Assembly (NCBI GenBank): GCA_963827935.1
Contig: CAWHCN010000011.1
Coordinates: forward strand, 433,183-497,182
Reading direction: 5' to 3'
Length of the DNA: 64,000 bases
From: an uncultured Planctomycetota bacterium
Lineage (GTDB): Bacteria; Planctomycetota; Planctomycetia; Gemmatales; Gemmataceae
Each line of letters begins with the position of its first letter. The stretch's first letter is position 1. The notes under the pieces are model-generated. The model searched no databases. It had not been told where the DNA came from and was given only the letters and a program-made list of their open reading frames with translations. This document shows, piece after piece, positions 28,887-41,829 of this stretch. A program made the translations under genes and the position numbers.

Positions 28887-29427
28887 ATGCCTACGTTCAT
28901 TGACGAGTCGGGTGAAACGGGCCGAGTGTCCCCTTATTTCCGCCTGGCCGCGGTTTGGCTGCCCACGCAAGCGGCGGTTGAGGCTTACCGAGCGGGCATC
29001 CGGCATTTTCAGCAGCAGATCGGCCTTCAAGGGTACGAGTTCAAGTCGAGCAAATCCCTCTCACCGGCGCGACGTGTTGCCTACTTCCAAGCCGCGATGG
29101 CGCACCCGTTTCAATTCGCCGTCGCCTCGGTGGACAAGCAACACCCCGAATGGCAAGAGGCGGGTGGGTCGGTCCTTCACTGGGCCTGTGCCGTCTCCCT
29201 GGCGGTTAGCCTGCGTGACTGTTATCTGAAAGAAGAGACACGCCGAGCTGCCGAGGGTGGCGGCGATCGCCCGCTGAACGAACTGGTCGTGGTGGATGAC
29301 AACCAAGACCGTGACTTCCTTGCGGTTATCAAGTGCAAGTTCCGCCAACTTGGTTCCGGGGTACGGGCAGGTTCGCCCCTGGTGGGTAAAGTGAAATTCC
29401 GCGGTTCTGGACCTGAAGAGCTGATCC
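28887..29427 (+). pseudogene. DUF3800-family gene, 5' portion, interrupted by the IS630 insertion (reads through into the transposase frame)
   Basis: MPTFIDESGETG... carries the DUF3800 N-terminal hallmark (IYIDESG). A possible C-terminal remainder follows the IS at about 30871-30965. Confidence 0.45.
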
Positions 29428-30876
29428 AGCTAGTGCCACACCGCGGAAACGGCGTAGCACGAAAACTGGACATGGCGTATCTTGCCTGGTCCCTCGATTG
29501 TGAGGCGGGAGATCGACCTATGCCAGGGAAGGCCGCGAAGATCATCGTCAGCGAAAGGCAGCAGGTTCTGCTGCAGGAATTCAGCAAGTCGCGTACGGTC
29601 GCCAAGTGCGTGGTGCAGCGGGCGACGATCATTTTGCTGGGATTCGCCGGCCTGCTGAACGAGGAGATCGCCTCGCGGGTCGGCCTCAACCGACTGCAGG
29701 TGGGCCTCTGGCGGCAGCGCTGGCGGGACGCGTGGGATTCGCTGTGCGTGTGGGAATGTACCGAACCGCACCGTCTGCGTGAGGCGATCGTCAACGTCCT
29801 CTCCGACGCCCCGCGACCGGGTGCCCCGGCGACGTTTACCGCCTTTCAGGTGTCCCAGATCGTGGCCTTGGCGTGCGAACCGCCGAAGTTGTCGGGCCGG
29901 CCGATCGACCACTGGACGCTCCGGGAACTGCGTGACGAGGCGATCACGCGGCAGATCGTGGAGGATATTTCCGTGTCTCAGGTTGGCCGCTTCCTGCAGC
30001 AGGCCGCCGTGCAGCCGCACCGCAAGAAAATGTGGCTCAACACCACGGAGAAGGACCCCCAGAAGTTCCAGGCCGAGGTCGAAAATGTTTGCCGAACCTA
30101 CCTCGAGGCGCCGGCGAAGGCGGGCGCTGGCACGCACACGGTGAGCGTGGACGAGGCGACCTCGCTGCAGGCCATCGAGCGGAACGCCCCCGACAAGCCG
30201 GCCCAACCCAACAGCGTACCGAAGCAGGAATTCGAATACACCCGGCACGGGACGACGACGCTGACCGCCGGTCTGGACGTGGTGACGGGGATGATCGTCT
30301 GCCCAACGCTGGAGGCGACCCGTACCGAAGCGGAGTTCGTCGCGCACATCACCCGCACCGTGGACACCGACCCCGCCGCCGAATGGCTCTTCGTGGTCGA
30401 CTGCCTCAACACGCACATGTCGGAAAGCCTGGTGAAGTTCGTCGCCGAACGCTGCGGCCTGCCCGAAGAGCTGGGAAAAAAAACGACAGCGGCATCCTCG
30501 CATCGATGGCTACGCGGAAGGAGTTCCTGTCGGACGCCGCCCACCGGATCCGCTTCGTCTACCTCCCGAAGCACAGTTCGTGGCTTAACCAGATCGAGAT
30601 CGTGTTCGGGATCATCCACCGGAAGCTGCTGCGGTGCGGAAACTTCACGTCGGTGACGGACCTGGAAGCGCAGTTGCGAGAATTCATGGACTACTACAAC
30701 GCTACGATGGCCCACCCCTTCGCCTGGACTTACACCGGCAAGCCGGTGCAGAAGCAACGCCGCGCGAGCTTCGTCGCACCGCACCGCCGCCTCAAACTGG
30801 GGAAAATCCAGCGACTGGCGGAAGCCGCTGCCTTATGCAATGATGCTTGAGAGATGCGGCACTAGCTGACATGATC
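29428..30876. mobile_element. IS630-family insertion sequence (boundaries approximate; 11-bp terminal inverted repeat CAGCTAGTGCC / GGCACTAGCTG)
   Basis: The inverted 11-mers at 29428-29438 and 30866-30876 bracket the transposase gene. The element sits inside a DUF3800 ORF. Confidence 0.5.
29520..30850 (+). CDS. IS630-family transposase, frameshift inside an A8 homopolymer near 30477-30484
   Basis: HTH: IIVSERQQVLLQEFSKSRTVAKCVVQRATIILLGFAGLLNEEIASRVGL. DDE region: TVSVDEATSLQAIER...WLFVVDCLNTHMSESL, then after GGGAAAAAAAACG the +1 frame gives ...FVYLPKHSSWLNQIEIVFGIIHRKLL...YYNATMAHPFAWTY. Confidence 0.8.
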
Positions 30877-31196
30877 TGTGGTGCCGTGGGGGATTTCCTC
30901 AACGGTGATGCCACGTGCTACAACATCATCGCTGCTCGGGACTTGGGGATTACGCGCATCCCATGAACGAGGAAGGGCGGGATAGCACCTCGGCCATCCC
31001 GCCCAGCCGAATTCAATCAGCACAAAGCCCGGAGTTACCCGAACCCTGTCCGAAACAGGTCAATTCATAGTTATCAGCCGGATGGCCTTGCAGCCCCGGC
31101 ACCTGCCCGTAAGTGCCTGTATCACTATCGGCCTTTTCCCGCCCGGGGTCAAGGGGCGTTTGGAGTTTATCGGCGAGAAATAGGGCGCGACGCGGC

Positions 31197-32804
31197 CTAT
31201 CCCTTCGGCGGCGGAGCCCCCGCCCCCTCCGTCGCCCGCGTCCCGTTCCCCGGCGTCTCCGGCGAGAACCGCGCCACGTACTCCGGCATCTCCACGCCGC
31301 CGATGTCCTTCATCACCTGCATCATCGGCGGCATCACCCGGGCCAGGTTGTGCAGGAAGTTGGCCGTGTTGGTGCTGCCGTTGGCGTGGCCGTTGCCGTT
31401 TTCCCAGACCACCACCTTGTCGAACTTGATGTTCGAGATGGCCTGGGCGGAGGCCTGGGCCAGGGTGTCGATGTGCTCCAGCATCAGGAGCTGGAAGGCC
31501 TGCTGGGCGCCGCCGCAGGCGTCGATAATCATTCGCAAACCCTCGCCCTTCTTGGCCAGGATTTCGTACTGGCCGCGGGCCTCGGCCTGGAGCTTGGCGA
31601 AGATGGCCGACGCCTGGCCCTCGGCCTCGACGCGGCGCTTTTCGGCCTCGGCCTCGGCCTCGACGATGATGCGTGCCTTCTCGGCCTTGGCCGGCGCCTC
31701 GACGGCGGCGCGGCGTTCGGCCTCCACGCGCTCGGCCTGGGCCAGGGCGGCCTTGGCCATGGCCCGGTTCTGCGCCTCCTGCACGGCGGCCTCGGCCTCG
31801 CGCTTGCGCGTCTCGCCCAGCTGATACGCCTCGGCCTGCTTGACCTGCAAGCCAGCCTGGGCGCCAGCGACCCGGGCCTGGGCCTCGGCCTCGCCGGCGA
31901 TCGCCTTGGCGTTGGCGTCGGCCAGGGCGATGCGCATGGCCCGCTCGGCATCCTTCACCTGGGCCTCGCGCTCGAAGCCGGCCTTCTGTTCGCCGACTTT
32001 CTGCTCCTTGTCCAGCTCGGCGACGCGCACCGCCTGCTCGCGGACTGCCTCGCGGGTGCCGATCTCGCGGAGCTTGGTGGCGTTGGCGACGCTGATCTGT
32101 TTTTCCTTTTCCGCCTCGGCGATGCCGATGTTGCCCAGCTTCTCCTGCTCGGCCACGGCGATCTTGGCCTGCTGGATGGCCTGGGAGGCGGCCTTGCGGC
32201 CGATGGCCTCGATATAGCCCGATTCATCCGTGATGTCGGTGATGTTCACGTTGATCAGCACCAGGCCGAACTTCTTCAGCTCCGGCTCCAGCGACATCTG
32301 GATGTTCTGCAGGAACTTGTCACGATCGCGGTTGATCTCCTCGATGTGCATCGAGGCGATCATCTGGCGGAGCTGACCGAAGATGACGTCGCCTGCTTGT
32401 TGCTTGACCTCATCGGTGCGGAGGCGAAGCAGGCGGATGGCCGCGTTGTTCATCGTCTCCAGGTCGGTGCCGATGGCCACGGTGAAGACGCTCGGCACGT
32501 TGACGCGGATGTTCTCCGCCGACAGGGCTCCCTTGAGGGGGATTTCGATCTGGATCGGCTCGAGGCTGAGGTAAGCGTGGTCCTGGATGAGCGGCCAGAC
32601 GAACGCGGCGCCGCCGTGGATGCAGTGGGACGTATTGCCGCCGGCCACCTTGCCGAAGATGACCAGCACCTGGTCGCTCCGGCAACGCTTGTAGCGGTTC
32701 ACCACCAGCATGAACATGCTGAAGGCGAAGATGACGGCAAAGACAATCAGCACCACCAACCACTCGAGACCTGACGGCAGATCGGCGAAGAGAGGGCTAA
32801 GCAT
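31197..32804 (-). CDS. flotillin-family SPFH/band-7 protein (FloA/YqiK-like)
   Basis: N-terminal TM, then the SPFH domain, then a long Ala/Glu-rich coiled coil (AEAEKEKQ...EAQARVAGAQAG...). Confidence 0.85.
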   Translation of the reverse strand: MLSPLFADLPSGLEWLVVLIVFAVIFAFSMFMLVVNRYKRCRSDQVLVIFGKVAGGNTSHCIHGGAAFVWPLIQDHAYLSLEPIQIEIPLKGALSAENIRVNVPSVFTVAIGTDLETMNNAAIRLLRLRTDEVKQQAGDVIFGQLRQMIASMHIEEINRDRDKFLQNIQMSLEPELKKFGLVLINVNITDITDESGYIEAIGRKAASQAIQQAKIAVAEQEKLGNIGIAEAEKEKQISVANATKLREIGTREAVREQAVRVAELDKEQKVGEQKAGFEREAQVKDAERAMRIALADANAKAIAGEAEAQARVAGAQAGLQVKQAEAYQLGETRKREAEAAVQEAQNRAMAKAALAQAERVEAERRAAVEAPAKAEKARIIVEAEAEAEKRRVEAEGQASAIFAKLQAEARGQYEILAKKGEGLRMIIDACGGAQQAFQLLMLEHIDTLAQASAQAISNIKFDKVVVWENGNGHANGSTNTANFLHNLARVMPPMMQVMKDIGGVEMPEYVARFSPETPGNGTRATEGAGAPPPKG

Positions 32805-33475
32805 GGGTCACTTTCTCCGTTTCGGGAGCAGGTGCGACTTCCACCGTATCGCGGCCGATGACGGCGGTGACGACGACCTTGGTCCCGTTGGGCAGGGTCG
32901 GGTGCGCGGTGACGGCCTGGCACTCGACGGTGCGGTTTTGCAGGTTGAGCTGGACCTTGCCGACGCCGGCCTTGTTGCCCGGCACGGTCAAGTACACGGT
33001 GCCGCTCTTGCCGAGGGCCCGCTCGATGCGGGCAGTCCCCTCGGCGTTGAGGCGGGCCAGGGAACGCATGATCCAGGCGACGATGAACATGGCCCCTGCG
33101 CCGATCGCCAGGGCCACGGCCAGGACGAGCCAGGGATTGCCCGTGGTCTGCGAGGCCGCCAGCCCAGCCAGGCCGAAGAAGGTCAGGGCGGCGACGACGG
33201 TGCGGAATGTGATGACACCGACCAGCCAGTTGGCCGGACCGGGATGCTGCGCGGGGTGCGACTGGTCGTGTGCCTCGTGCCCCCCGGCGTCATGGCCGCC
33301 GGCTTCATGGCCTCCCAGGTCGTGCAACTCCGCCCCACCGATCTCGTGGTCGCCGCCGCCGAACTCGTGCTGCCCGCCCAGGCCTAGGATGCCGAGCACG
33401 AACTGGCACACCATGAGCGTGCCGCCGATCAGGAAGCAGACCAGGAACACGTAGTACAAGACACCGAGGTCCATG
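32797..33475 (-). CDS. NfeD-family membrane protein (YqiJ/YuaF-like flotillin partner) with a His/Gly-rich insert
   Basis: MDLGVLYYVFLVCFLIGGTLMVCQFVLGILG TM helices. His-rich loop GGGDHEIGGAELHDLGGHEAGGHDAGGHEAHDQSHP. C-terminal OB-fold GTVYLTVPGNKAGVGKVQLNLQNRTVECQAV. It overlaps the flotillin start by 8 nt. Confidence 0.7.
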
Positions 33476-33691
33476 ACCTTACCCTCCCTCCGGGGACAGG
33501 ACTTGGGGCGCGGAGGCGGTTGTTGACGAGACTGGTGAGCCCCATGATGGGCGCCCAGGGGCATGGCGTCAACACCTTTCCCCAAGTGCCGAAGCGGCAA
33601 AGCCGCACCGCGGACGCGGCGCGTGCGGCCTGTGCCGTGCGGGGCAGACAAATCGCATCGCAAACCGTCGCGGTGAGGATCTGGCAGCCCG

Positions 33692-33768
33692 AAGCGCCAG
33701 CGAGGGTCTGGGCTGGATCCCTCGCTGGCGCTTTGGGCTGCCCGGCGACCAGGCCGGCGCTGTTTCCC
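33692..33768. repeat. family C palindromic repeat (CCAGCGAGGG-n-CCCTCGCTGG)
   Basis: Copies also at 10596-10662, 55441-55482 and 56434-56495. Confidence 0.6.
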
Positions 33769-33916
33769 AGACGTAATTCGCCGGGAGGCGCGACCTCTTG
33801 CATTATTGAGCGGAGCGGCTGACGATTTGCGATTGCGGGGATCGTTTAGCCTCCGCCCCGCGGGCGGCGTGGCAAACTGCGCCGCCCTCCGGGCGGCGGC
33901 TAAACGAACGGGGGCT

Positions 33917-34525
33917 TTACCCAACGGCATTGAGGGACTGACGTGGCGATGGGTTGCGGGTCACCGGAATGGTGCCCGAGGCGTGGGTGGCCCGGCGCAG
34001 GCGGCCCATCGCCCGGTCAAAAATCTGCCGGACGCGCTCGCCGCTCAGGCCGACATGCTCGCCGATCTGGGCGAAGGACATGTCGCGCCAGAAATACATT
34101 TGGAAGATGGCCCGCTCGCGAGCCTGGAGCAACCGCAGCAGCCGGGTGACGCGCTCCTTGCCTTCCGAAAGCATGGCCGCGGCGTCCGGCGACTGGGTGT
34201 GGCCGTCCTCGGAATCGAATACCGTCCCCTGGGGACTGACGGGCAGGCCGCGGAGCATGCGGAAACGCCGGGCGGTAAGCACGTTTTGCAGGTGGTGGCG
34301 GACCGCGATGCACGCGAAACTGCTGAATTGTGTGCCCAGGCTGGGGTTGAAGCCGTGACTGGCCCGCAACAGGCCAACGACCGCTTCCTGATGCAGATCC
34401 TCGCGGGTCAGGCCCAGGGCCCGCGCCCGGCGAGTGTAGAACTTTGCGATGTGGAACGCGAGGCGGATGTTGTCGGCCGCCAGGGTGGCGGCGGTGGGGT
34501 AGGTCTGCGGATAAGGGGCGGCCAT
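33917..34525 (-). CDS. sigma-70-family RNA polymerase sigma factor (group 3/4, FliA/ECF-like)
   Basis: Region 2: DLHQEAVVGLLRASHGFNPSLGTQFSSFACIAVRHHL. Region 4 HTH: SFAQIGEHVGLSGERVRQIFDRAMGRLR. Confidence 0.7.
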   Translation of the reverse strand: MAAPYPQTYPTAATLAADNIRLAFHIAKFYTRRARALGLTREDLHQEAVVGLLRASHGFNPSLGTQFSSFACIAVRHHLQNVLTARRFRMLRGLPVSPQGTVFDSEDGHTQSPDAAAMLSEGKERVTRLLRLLQARERAIFQMYFWRDMSFAQIGEHVGLSGERVRQIFDRAMGRLRRATHASGTIPVTRNPSPRQSLNAVG

Positions 34526-35168
34526 AGAGGGCCCTCGCAGGGACTGCGGATAACGCTGCGCCGCTGCACATGGGTTGAGCGCGAGCCGGTCCGCCTGGCT
34601 CGCGTCCCAGGACCAGTCCTCTTCTCTAGGCCGCAGTCCATCGGCCTACCGTGCCGCCCCACACCGTTCCGATGCGTCGTGACCCGGGCGGCAAGCGTCG
34701 GCCCGTATGCCGACGAATGCACCACTGCTGCCCTCGACCCAGGAGTGCAACGACCTCGCAGGAGGTCTGAGTTCCGGCCCCGCGTTAACCTGGGTTTCAG
34801 GTAACCGTGATGGAAGAGTGAATCGCAATTAGCGCGCAAGACTTACCGGCGTTACAATTGTTTCAAGAGTCAATGCCGCAAGTTGCGAAATGTGCTATAG
34901 ATATGCGGGCGAGCCTATCATTTCCGTCGTTACGCACTGTCCCCTCAGATCCGGGTTGGCTCCAGCTGCATCGGCGAAAAACTGATCGCGCGGCGAAAAA
35001 TTCGCCGCAGCTCCGGGTTCGACGGCGAGTTGCCTGCCACCCCAGTGGACGGGCGTTCGTTTCCGGAGAGGGGGTGTCCGAGGGGTGCTGAAACGAATGA
35101 TCACAAGTCATGGCGCAGCATTAACTTGGGACATGCGATTCGTTTCAGCTCCGCCTTCAGAGGAAGAG

Positions 35169-35303
35169 GCAGGGTGGCACGCCCTGAGGTACTCCGAAGG
35201 GCGTGCTGCACTGATAGCACGCCCTTCGGAGTACCTCAGGGTGTGCCACCCAGATTGTTGGACCGTCAGCACTCCTTTCGGAGTACCTCAGGGCGTGCCA
35301 GCC
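35169..35303. repeat. family A palindromic repeat cluster (one forward, one reverse and one partial copy)
   Basis: gggtggcacgccctgaggtactccgaagggcgtgc ... gcacgcccttcggagtacctcagggtgtgccaccc ... ctttcggagtacctcagggcgtgcc. Confidence 0.8.
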
Positions 35304-36598
35304 CCCTGACGCTTTAGCAATGTCGCCAGCAACCGGCGATCGCAAGGGTCGATCGCCTGGTCCCAGGGATGCGAGGCCTCGCCCAGCGGGGTCTCGATCA
35401 GGTCGCCGGGATGGGGGCTTGGCTCGGGAGATATGGCGTCGGTCGCCTGGCGAAGCCACGGGGGCAAGTCGTCCAGCCGCAGCGTCGAGCCAGCGTCCGC
35501 TGCACCCAGGGCCTGTCGCAAGACGGCCTCCAGTTGGCGGGTATTGCCCTCCCAGGGCTGCCGTTGCAAGGCCTCTACCACGCCGGGCTCGAATGGCCGC
35601 GCCGGCCGGTAACGGCCGGTCTGCAGGGTGTCGAGGACATGCTGGGCCTGCCGGGCGATGTCTTCCGGCCGGCCGCGCAGCGAGGGCAGCGGGATGCGGA
35701 ACAGGCCCAGGCAGGCGGCCAGGTCCGGATCGAACACCCCATCCAGGACCTGCTGGCGCAGGGCGCCCTCGGTCGCCGCCAGGATGCGCACCTCCGGCGG
35801 CCGCCGTTGTGCCGTCCGCTGCAAGATGGCTTGCAGCGGTGTGTCCAGGCTGGCGATGTGGTCCAGAAAGAGTGTCCCGCCGCTGGCCGCCCGCAGGAGA
35901 TCCTGCCAGCGGTCCGTTTGCGGACCGGGGCTTAGGATCCGCTTCATGGCACGGCAATCCAGGGCGAAATAGGGCATGCGGATGGCGGTCGGGTCGAGGT
36001 AAAGGATGGCCGAGGCCAGCCGTCGCCGCGGCGTCCCCGCTTCGCCCTCGATGAGCACCGGCAAGTCGTGGAAGCGGTTGGCGCGGACGGCGCGGCGGAA
36101 GACGTTGTGCATGGCCGCGCTGGCGCCGACCAGGTTGTAGGGTCGGAACAGGCCGGCCCGGGCCTGGTCCTCGCGCAGCCGGCGGCGCAGCGCTCGCCCC
36201 AGCTCGGCCACCTGGTGACAGAGGGTATCGCCGCGCCTTGGGCCAGTGGCGAGGAATCCGCGGGCCCCGGCAGCCAGCGCCCGTTGTCGGACTGCCTCCG
36301 GAACGGCCCCCGAGTCGGCGTAGAGGTAGACGGCGATGCGGCGGCCCCGCTCCCGCAGGAAGGCCAGCAGGGGCTCCACGCCGGCCCCGGCGGGCAGCGG
36401 CAGGACCGCGGCCGCCGGCGCCCGGCGCCGACACTCCGCGACGGCGGCTGCGAGGTCGCCGGGCGGGAGCACTTCCACTTCGCGGGGCGCGAACGCAGCC
36501 GACGCCCCGGCGCAGGCCGGGCGGGGCTGCAAACAGCAGCGGCGTGTCCATGCGTGGGGATCCGTAACAGGGATGGTGGGCTCAGGGGACCAACCCAA
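35288..36598 (-). CDS. sigma-54-interaction (AAA+) domain regulator with a degenerate Walker A and a receiver-like N-terminus
   Basis: LVGASAAMHNVFRRAV...LPVLIEGEAGTPRRRLASAI (GEAGT instead of GESGTGKE), GTLFLDHIASL, RILAATEGAL, C-terminal CDRRLLATLLKRQGAG (Fis-like). The start codon is uncertain and the N-terminus overlaps the repeat. Confidence 0.55.
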   Translation of the reverse strand: MGWSPEPTIPVTDPHAWTRRCCLQPRPACAGASAAFAPREVEVLPPGDLAAAVAECRRRAPAAAVLPLPAGAGVEPLLAFLRERGRRIAVYLYADSGAVPEAVRQRALAAGARGFLATGPRRGDTLCHQVAELGRALRRRLREDQARAGLFRPYNLVGASAAMHNVFRRAVRANRFHDLPVLIEGEAGTPRRRLASAILYLDPTAIRMPYFALDCRAMKRILSPGPQTDRWQDLLRAASGGTLFLDHIASLDTPLQAILQRTAQRRPPEVRILAATEGALRQQVLDGVFDPDLAACLGLFRIPLPSLRGRPEDIARQAQHVLDTLQTGRYRPARPFEPGVVEALQRQPWEGNTRQLEAVLRQALGAADAGSTLRLDDLPPWLRQATDAISPEPSPHPGDLIETPLGEASHPWDQAIDPCDRRLLATLLKRQGAGTP

Positions 36599-36915
36599 GA
36601 TCGCATCAGCGGGGGCGGCTGGATGCGGGGGGAATAAATCCGGAGCCGACGGAGCGAGCCGCCCCCCAGATGAACCCGCCTTCCAGACGCCCTCCGTCCT
36701 ACGATGCGAATGCGGGGTGGGTATCGCACCTGGCGTGCCAAAGCCGCGCCTGCGGCTTAAGATGAGCCGTAAGCCTTCATTTCACAAGGAGATAGGAAAA
36801 GAGATGTTCCCGGTCGGTTGCGCACGCTCCGTGGAGCCTGCTTGTAAGATCGCCACAGTCGGCCGGGATGGGCGGTGGGGAATCCGTCGCCCGGTGAAGA
36901 GTTCGCCGCAAACTG

Positions 36916-39432
<2,517 letters not shown>

Positions 39433-39524
39433 GGCGAATATCCCTCAGCGGCGAGCGGGGAGGCGTAAGCCCCCCGGTGACGCGAAAAACCGGGGGGCTA
39501 ACGCCCCCCGCTCGCCGGTTGCTT

Positions 39525-39896
39525 CTACGTACTATGACCCAACAGCCCCTCGATCGCCTCTAGTAGCTCATTCTCGTCGAGGATCGGCTTGGAGACATAG
39601 TGATCGAACCCCTGGGCCAGGTAGCGTTCGCGGTCGCCGGTCATGGCGTGGGCCGTGAGGGCGATGACGGGCAGACCGCGGAAGGCGGGCTCGGAGCGAA
39701 TATGCCGCAGCAGTTCGGTCCCGTCCATGCCCGGCAGGGAGATGTCGAGCAAGACCAGGTCCGGAGGAGCGAGCCTCATCCCTGCCAGGGCCTCGGCGCC
39801 GGCATCGTATTCGACGATCCGATAGGTGTCGGCCAGGATGGCGCTGAGGAGCAGGCGGTTGTCAGCATTGTCTTCGACGACGGCGATGGTTTTCAT
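39525..39896 (-). CDS. single-domain response regulator (CheY-like receiver)
   Basis: MKTIAVVEDNADNRLLL...DLVLLDISLPGMDG...LPVIALTAHAMTGDRERYLAQGFDHYVSKP. Confidence 0.8.
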   Translation of the reverse strand: MKTIAVVEDNADNRLLLSAILADTYRIVEYDAGAEALAGMRLAPPDLVLLDISLPGMDGTELLRHIRSEPAFRGLPVIALTAHAMTGDRERYLAQGFDHYVSKPILDENELLEAIEGLLGHST

Positions 39897-40243
39897 GGAT
39901 TGAGCCCCTGTTTGCGGTCGCTGAGGAGTTGGCGTGCTTGCTGCCAGGATTGTTCCAGGTCGTCGAGCTGTGCGGCCAGGTCCGCCGCCCCGCCGGCCGC
40001 CTCTCGTTCCAGGGCGTAGGCCGCCTCCTGCATCTGGCCGGCGCCGAGGTTCCCCGCGCTGGAAGCTAAGGCGTGCGCAATCCGCGCGATCGGCTCCGCA
40101 TCCCCGTTGGCCAGGGCGGCTTGGGCCGCCGCCAGCTTGCCCGGCGCTGTGTCCAGCAACAGGTCGATCAGGTCGCGGATGAGCCGATCGCCGCCGATGC
40201 GCCGCAGCATGGCCCACCGCGCTTCCAAGGCATCGTGAGACAT
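39893..40243 (-). CDS. Hpt (histidine phosphotransfer) domain protein
   Basis: IARIAHALASSAGNLGAGQMQEAAYALE has the H-x-x-K/A-x-S-x-x-x-G-A Hpt signature. The stop overlaps the REC start (ATGA). Confidence 0.7.
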   Translation of the reverse strand: MSHDALEARWAMLRRIGGDRLIRDLIDLLLDTAPGKLAAAQAALANGDAEPIARIAHALASSAGNLGAGQMQEAAYALEREAAGGAADLAAQLDDLEQSWQQARQLLSDRKQGLNP

Positions 40244-40264
40244 GGATTCTCCGCGCACACTCTC

Positions 40265-40327
40265 GGCGAGCGGGGGGCGTCAGCCCCCCGGTGATCTCAC
40301 CGGGGGGCTGACGCCCCCCGCTCGCCT
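40265..40327. promoter_or_regulatory. 28-bp perfect palindrome (family B) in the divergent Hpt / NtrC-like intergenic region
   Basis: gagcggggggcgtcagccccccggtga tc tcaccggggggctgacgccccccgctc lies between the Hpt start (40243) and the regulator start (40378). Confidence 0.5.
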
Positions 40328-40377
40328 CTAGCCACTTTAGACTTGAAACGGCTCCCTTGAAACGGGAAACTGACCGC

Positions 40378-41829
40378 ATGCCGACTCTTCTAGTGATCGA
40401 CGACGAACCCGATGTGCTCCTGTGCTTCCGCGCGGTGTTCGGCGGGGGCGAGGTGACCCTGCTGACGGCGGCCTCCGCGGAAGACGGGCTGGGCCAGCTG
40501 TCCCGGGTCCGGCCCGATGCCGTCATCCTCGACATCCAGCTCCCCGATCGCTCCGGGCTGGAGACCTTCCGGCGCATCCACGAGCACGATCCGCGTGTAC
40601 CGGTGATCTTCATCACCGGCCGCGGCACCGCGGAAACCGCCATCGAGGCCATGCGCCTCGGAGCTTACGAGTACCTCCTCAAGCCGCTCGACCTGGACCA
40701 TCTGCGCGAGGTAGTCCACCGGGCCTTTGGCATCAGCCGCCTGATGTCGGTGCCGGCGGTCGTGCCGGAATCGGGCACGGAGGAGGAGCGGTCCGACCTG
40801 CTCATTGGCAGCGGCACGGCGATGCAAGAAGTGTACAAATCGGTGGGCCGCGTGGCGCCCCAGGACGTAACCGTCCTGCTGCGCGGCGAGAGCGGCACCG
40901 GCAAGGAACTGGTGGCCCGCGCCATCTATCACTACAGCCGCCGGGCCGACAAGCCGTTCCTGGCTATCAACTGCGCCGCCATCCCGGAGGCGCTGCTGGA
41001 AAGCGACCTGTTCGGCCACGAGAAAGGGTCCTTCACCGGCGCCGACCAGCGGCGCATCGGCAAGTTCGAGCAGTGCCACGGCGGCACCCTGTTCCTTGAC
41101 GAAATCGGCGACATGACGCCGATGACCCAGGTCAAGGTCCTGCGCGTGCTCCAAGACCAGCAGTTCCAGCGCGTCGGCGGCAACGAGGTGATCCAAACCG
41201 ACGTGCGTCTCATCGCGGCCACCAACCGCGACCTGGAAGCGATGGTCGCCGCCGGCAGCTTCCGCAACGACCTGTATTATCGCCTCAACGTCTACACCAT
41301 CCCCCTGCCGCCGTTGCGCGAGCGCGGCGAGGACCTGCCGCTCCTGGTCGGCTACTACCTCAAACGCTTCAATCAGGACCTGGGGCGGGAGGTGCGGCGG
41401 ACGGCCCCAGAGGCCATGGCGCTGCTCGAACAGTATCCGTGGCCCGGGAATGTCCGCGAGCTGCAAAGCGTGCTCAAGCAGGCCCTGCTTCAGGCGACCG
41501 GCTCGGTGCTGGCGCCCGAGTTCTTGCCGGCAGTGGTCCGCAAGGACGGACCGCCGCTGCCTGCGGCCCCATTGCCGCCCGGCATCCCATCGGCTGGTCC
41601 GGTCCTGGCAGAAGGGGATCTGACGCGCTTTGTCCGCGAGCACCTGGCAGCCGGGTCCACAAACCTCTACGAGGAGTACGCCGCTCTGACCGAGCGCCAC
41701 CTGTTCGTGGAAGTGTTGGCGCACACCAGCGGCAACCTGACGGCGGCGGCGAAGGTGCTGGGCATCAATCGCGGCACTCTGCGAACCCGGCTGGAGGCGC
41801 TGGGGATTCGACAGGAGTCGGGGGTCTGA
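40378..41829 (+). CDS. sigma-54-dependent Fis-family response regulator (NtrC-type: REC, AAA+, HTH)
   Basis: [11 protein letters not shown]...[35 protein letters not shown]-like [21 protein letters not shown]-terminal [26 protein letters not shown]. Confidence 0.9.
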   Translation: MPTLLVIDDEPDVLLCFRAVFGGGEVTLLTAASAEDGLGQLSRVRPDAVILDIQLPDRSGLETFRRIHEHDPRVPVIFITGRGTAETAIEAMRLGAYEYLLKPLDLDHLREVVHRAFGISRLMSVPAVVPESGTEEERSDLLIGSGTAMQEVYKSVGRVAPQDVTVLLRGESGTGKELVARAIYHYSRRADKPFLAINCAAIPEALLESDLFGHEKGSFTGADQRRIGKFEQCHGGTLFLDEIGDMTPMTQVKVLRVLQDQQFQRVGGNEVIQTDVRLIAATNRDLEAMVAAGSFRNDLYYRLNVYTIPLPPLRERGEDLPLLVGYYLKRFNQDLGREVRRTAPEAMALLEQYPWPGNVRELQSVLKQALLQATGSVLAPEFLPAVVRKDGPPLPAAPLPPGIPSAGPVLAEGDLTRFVREHLAAGSTNLYEEYAALTERHLFVEVLAHTSGNLTAAAKVLGINRGTLRTRLEALGIRQESGV

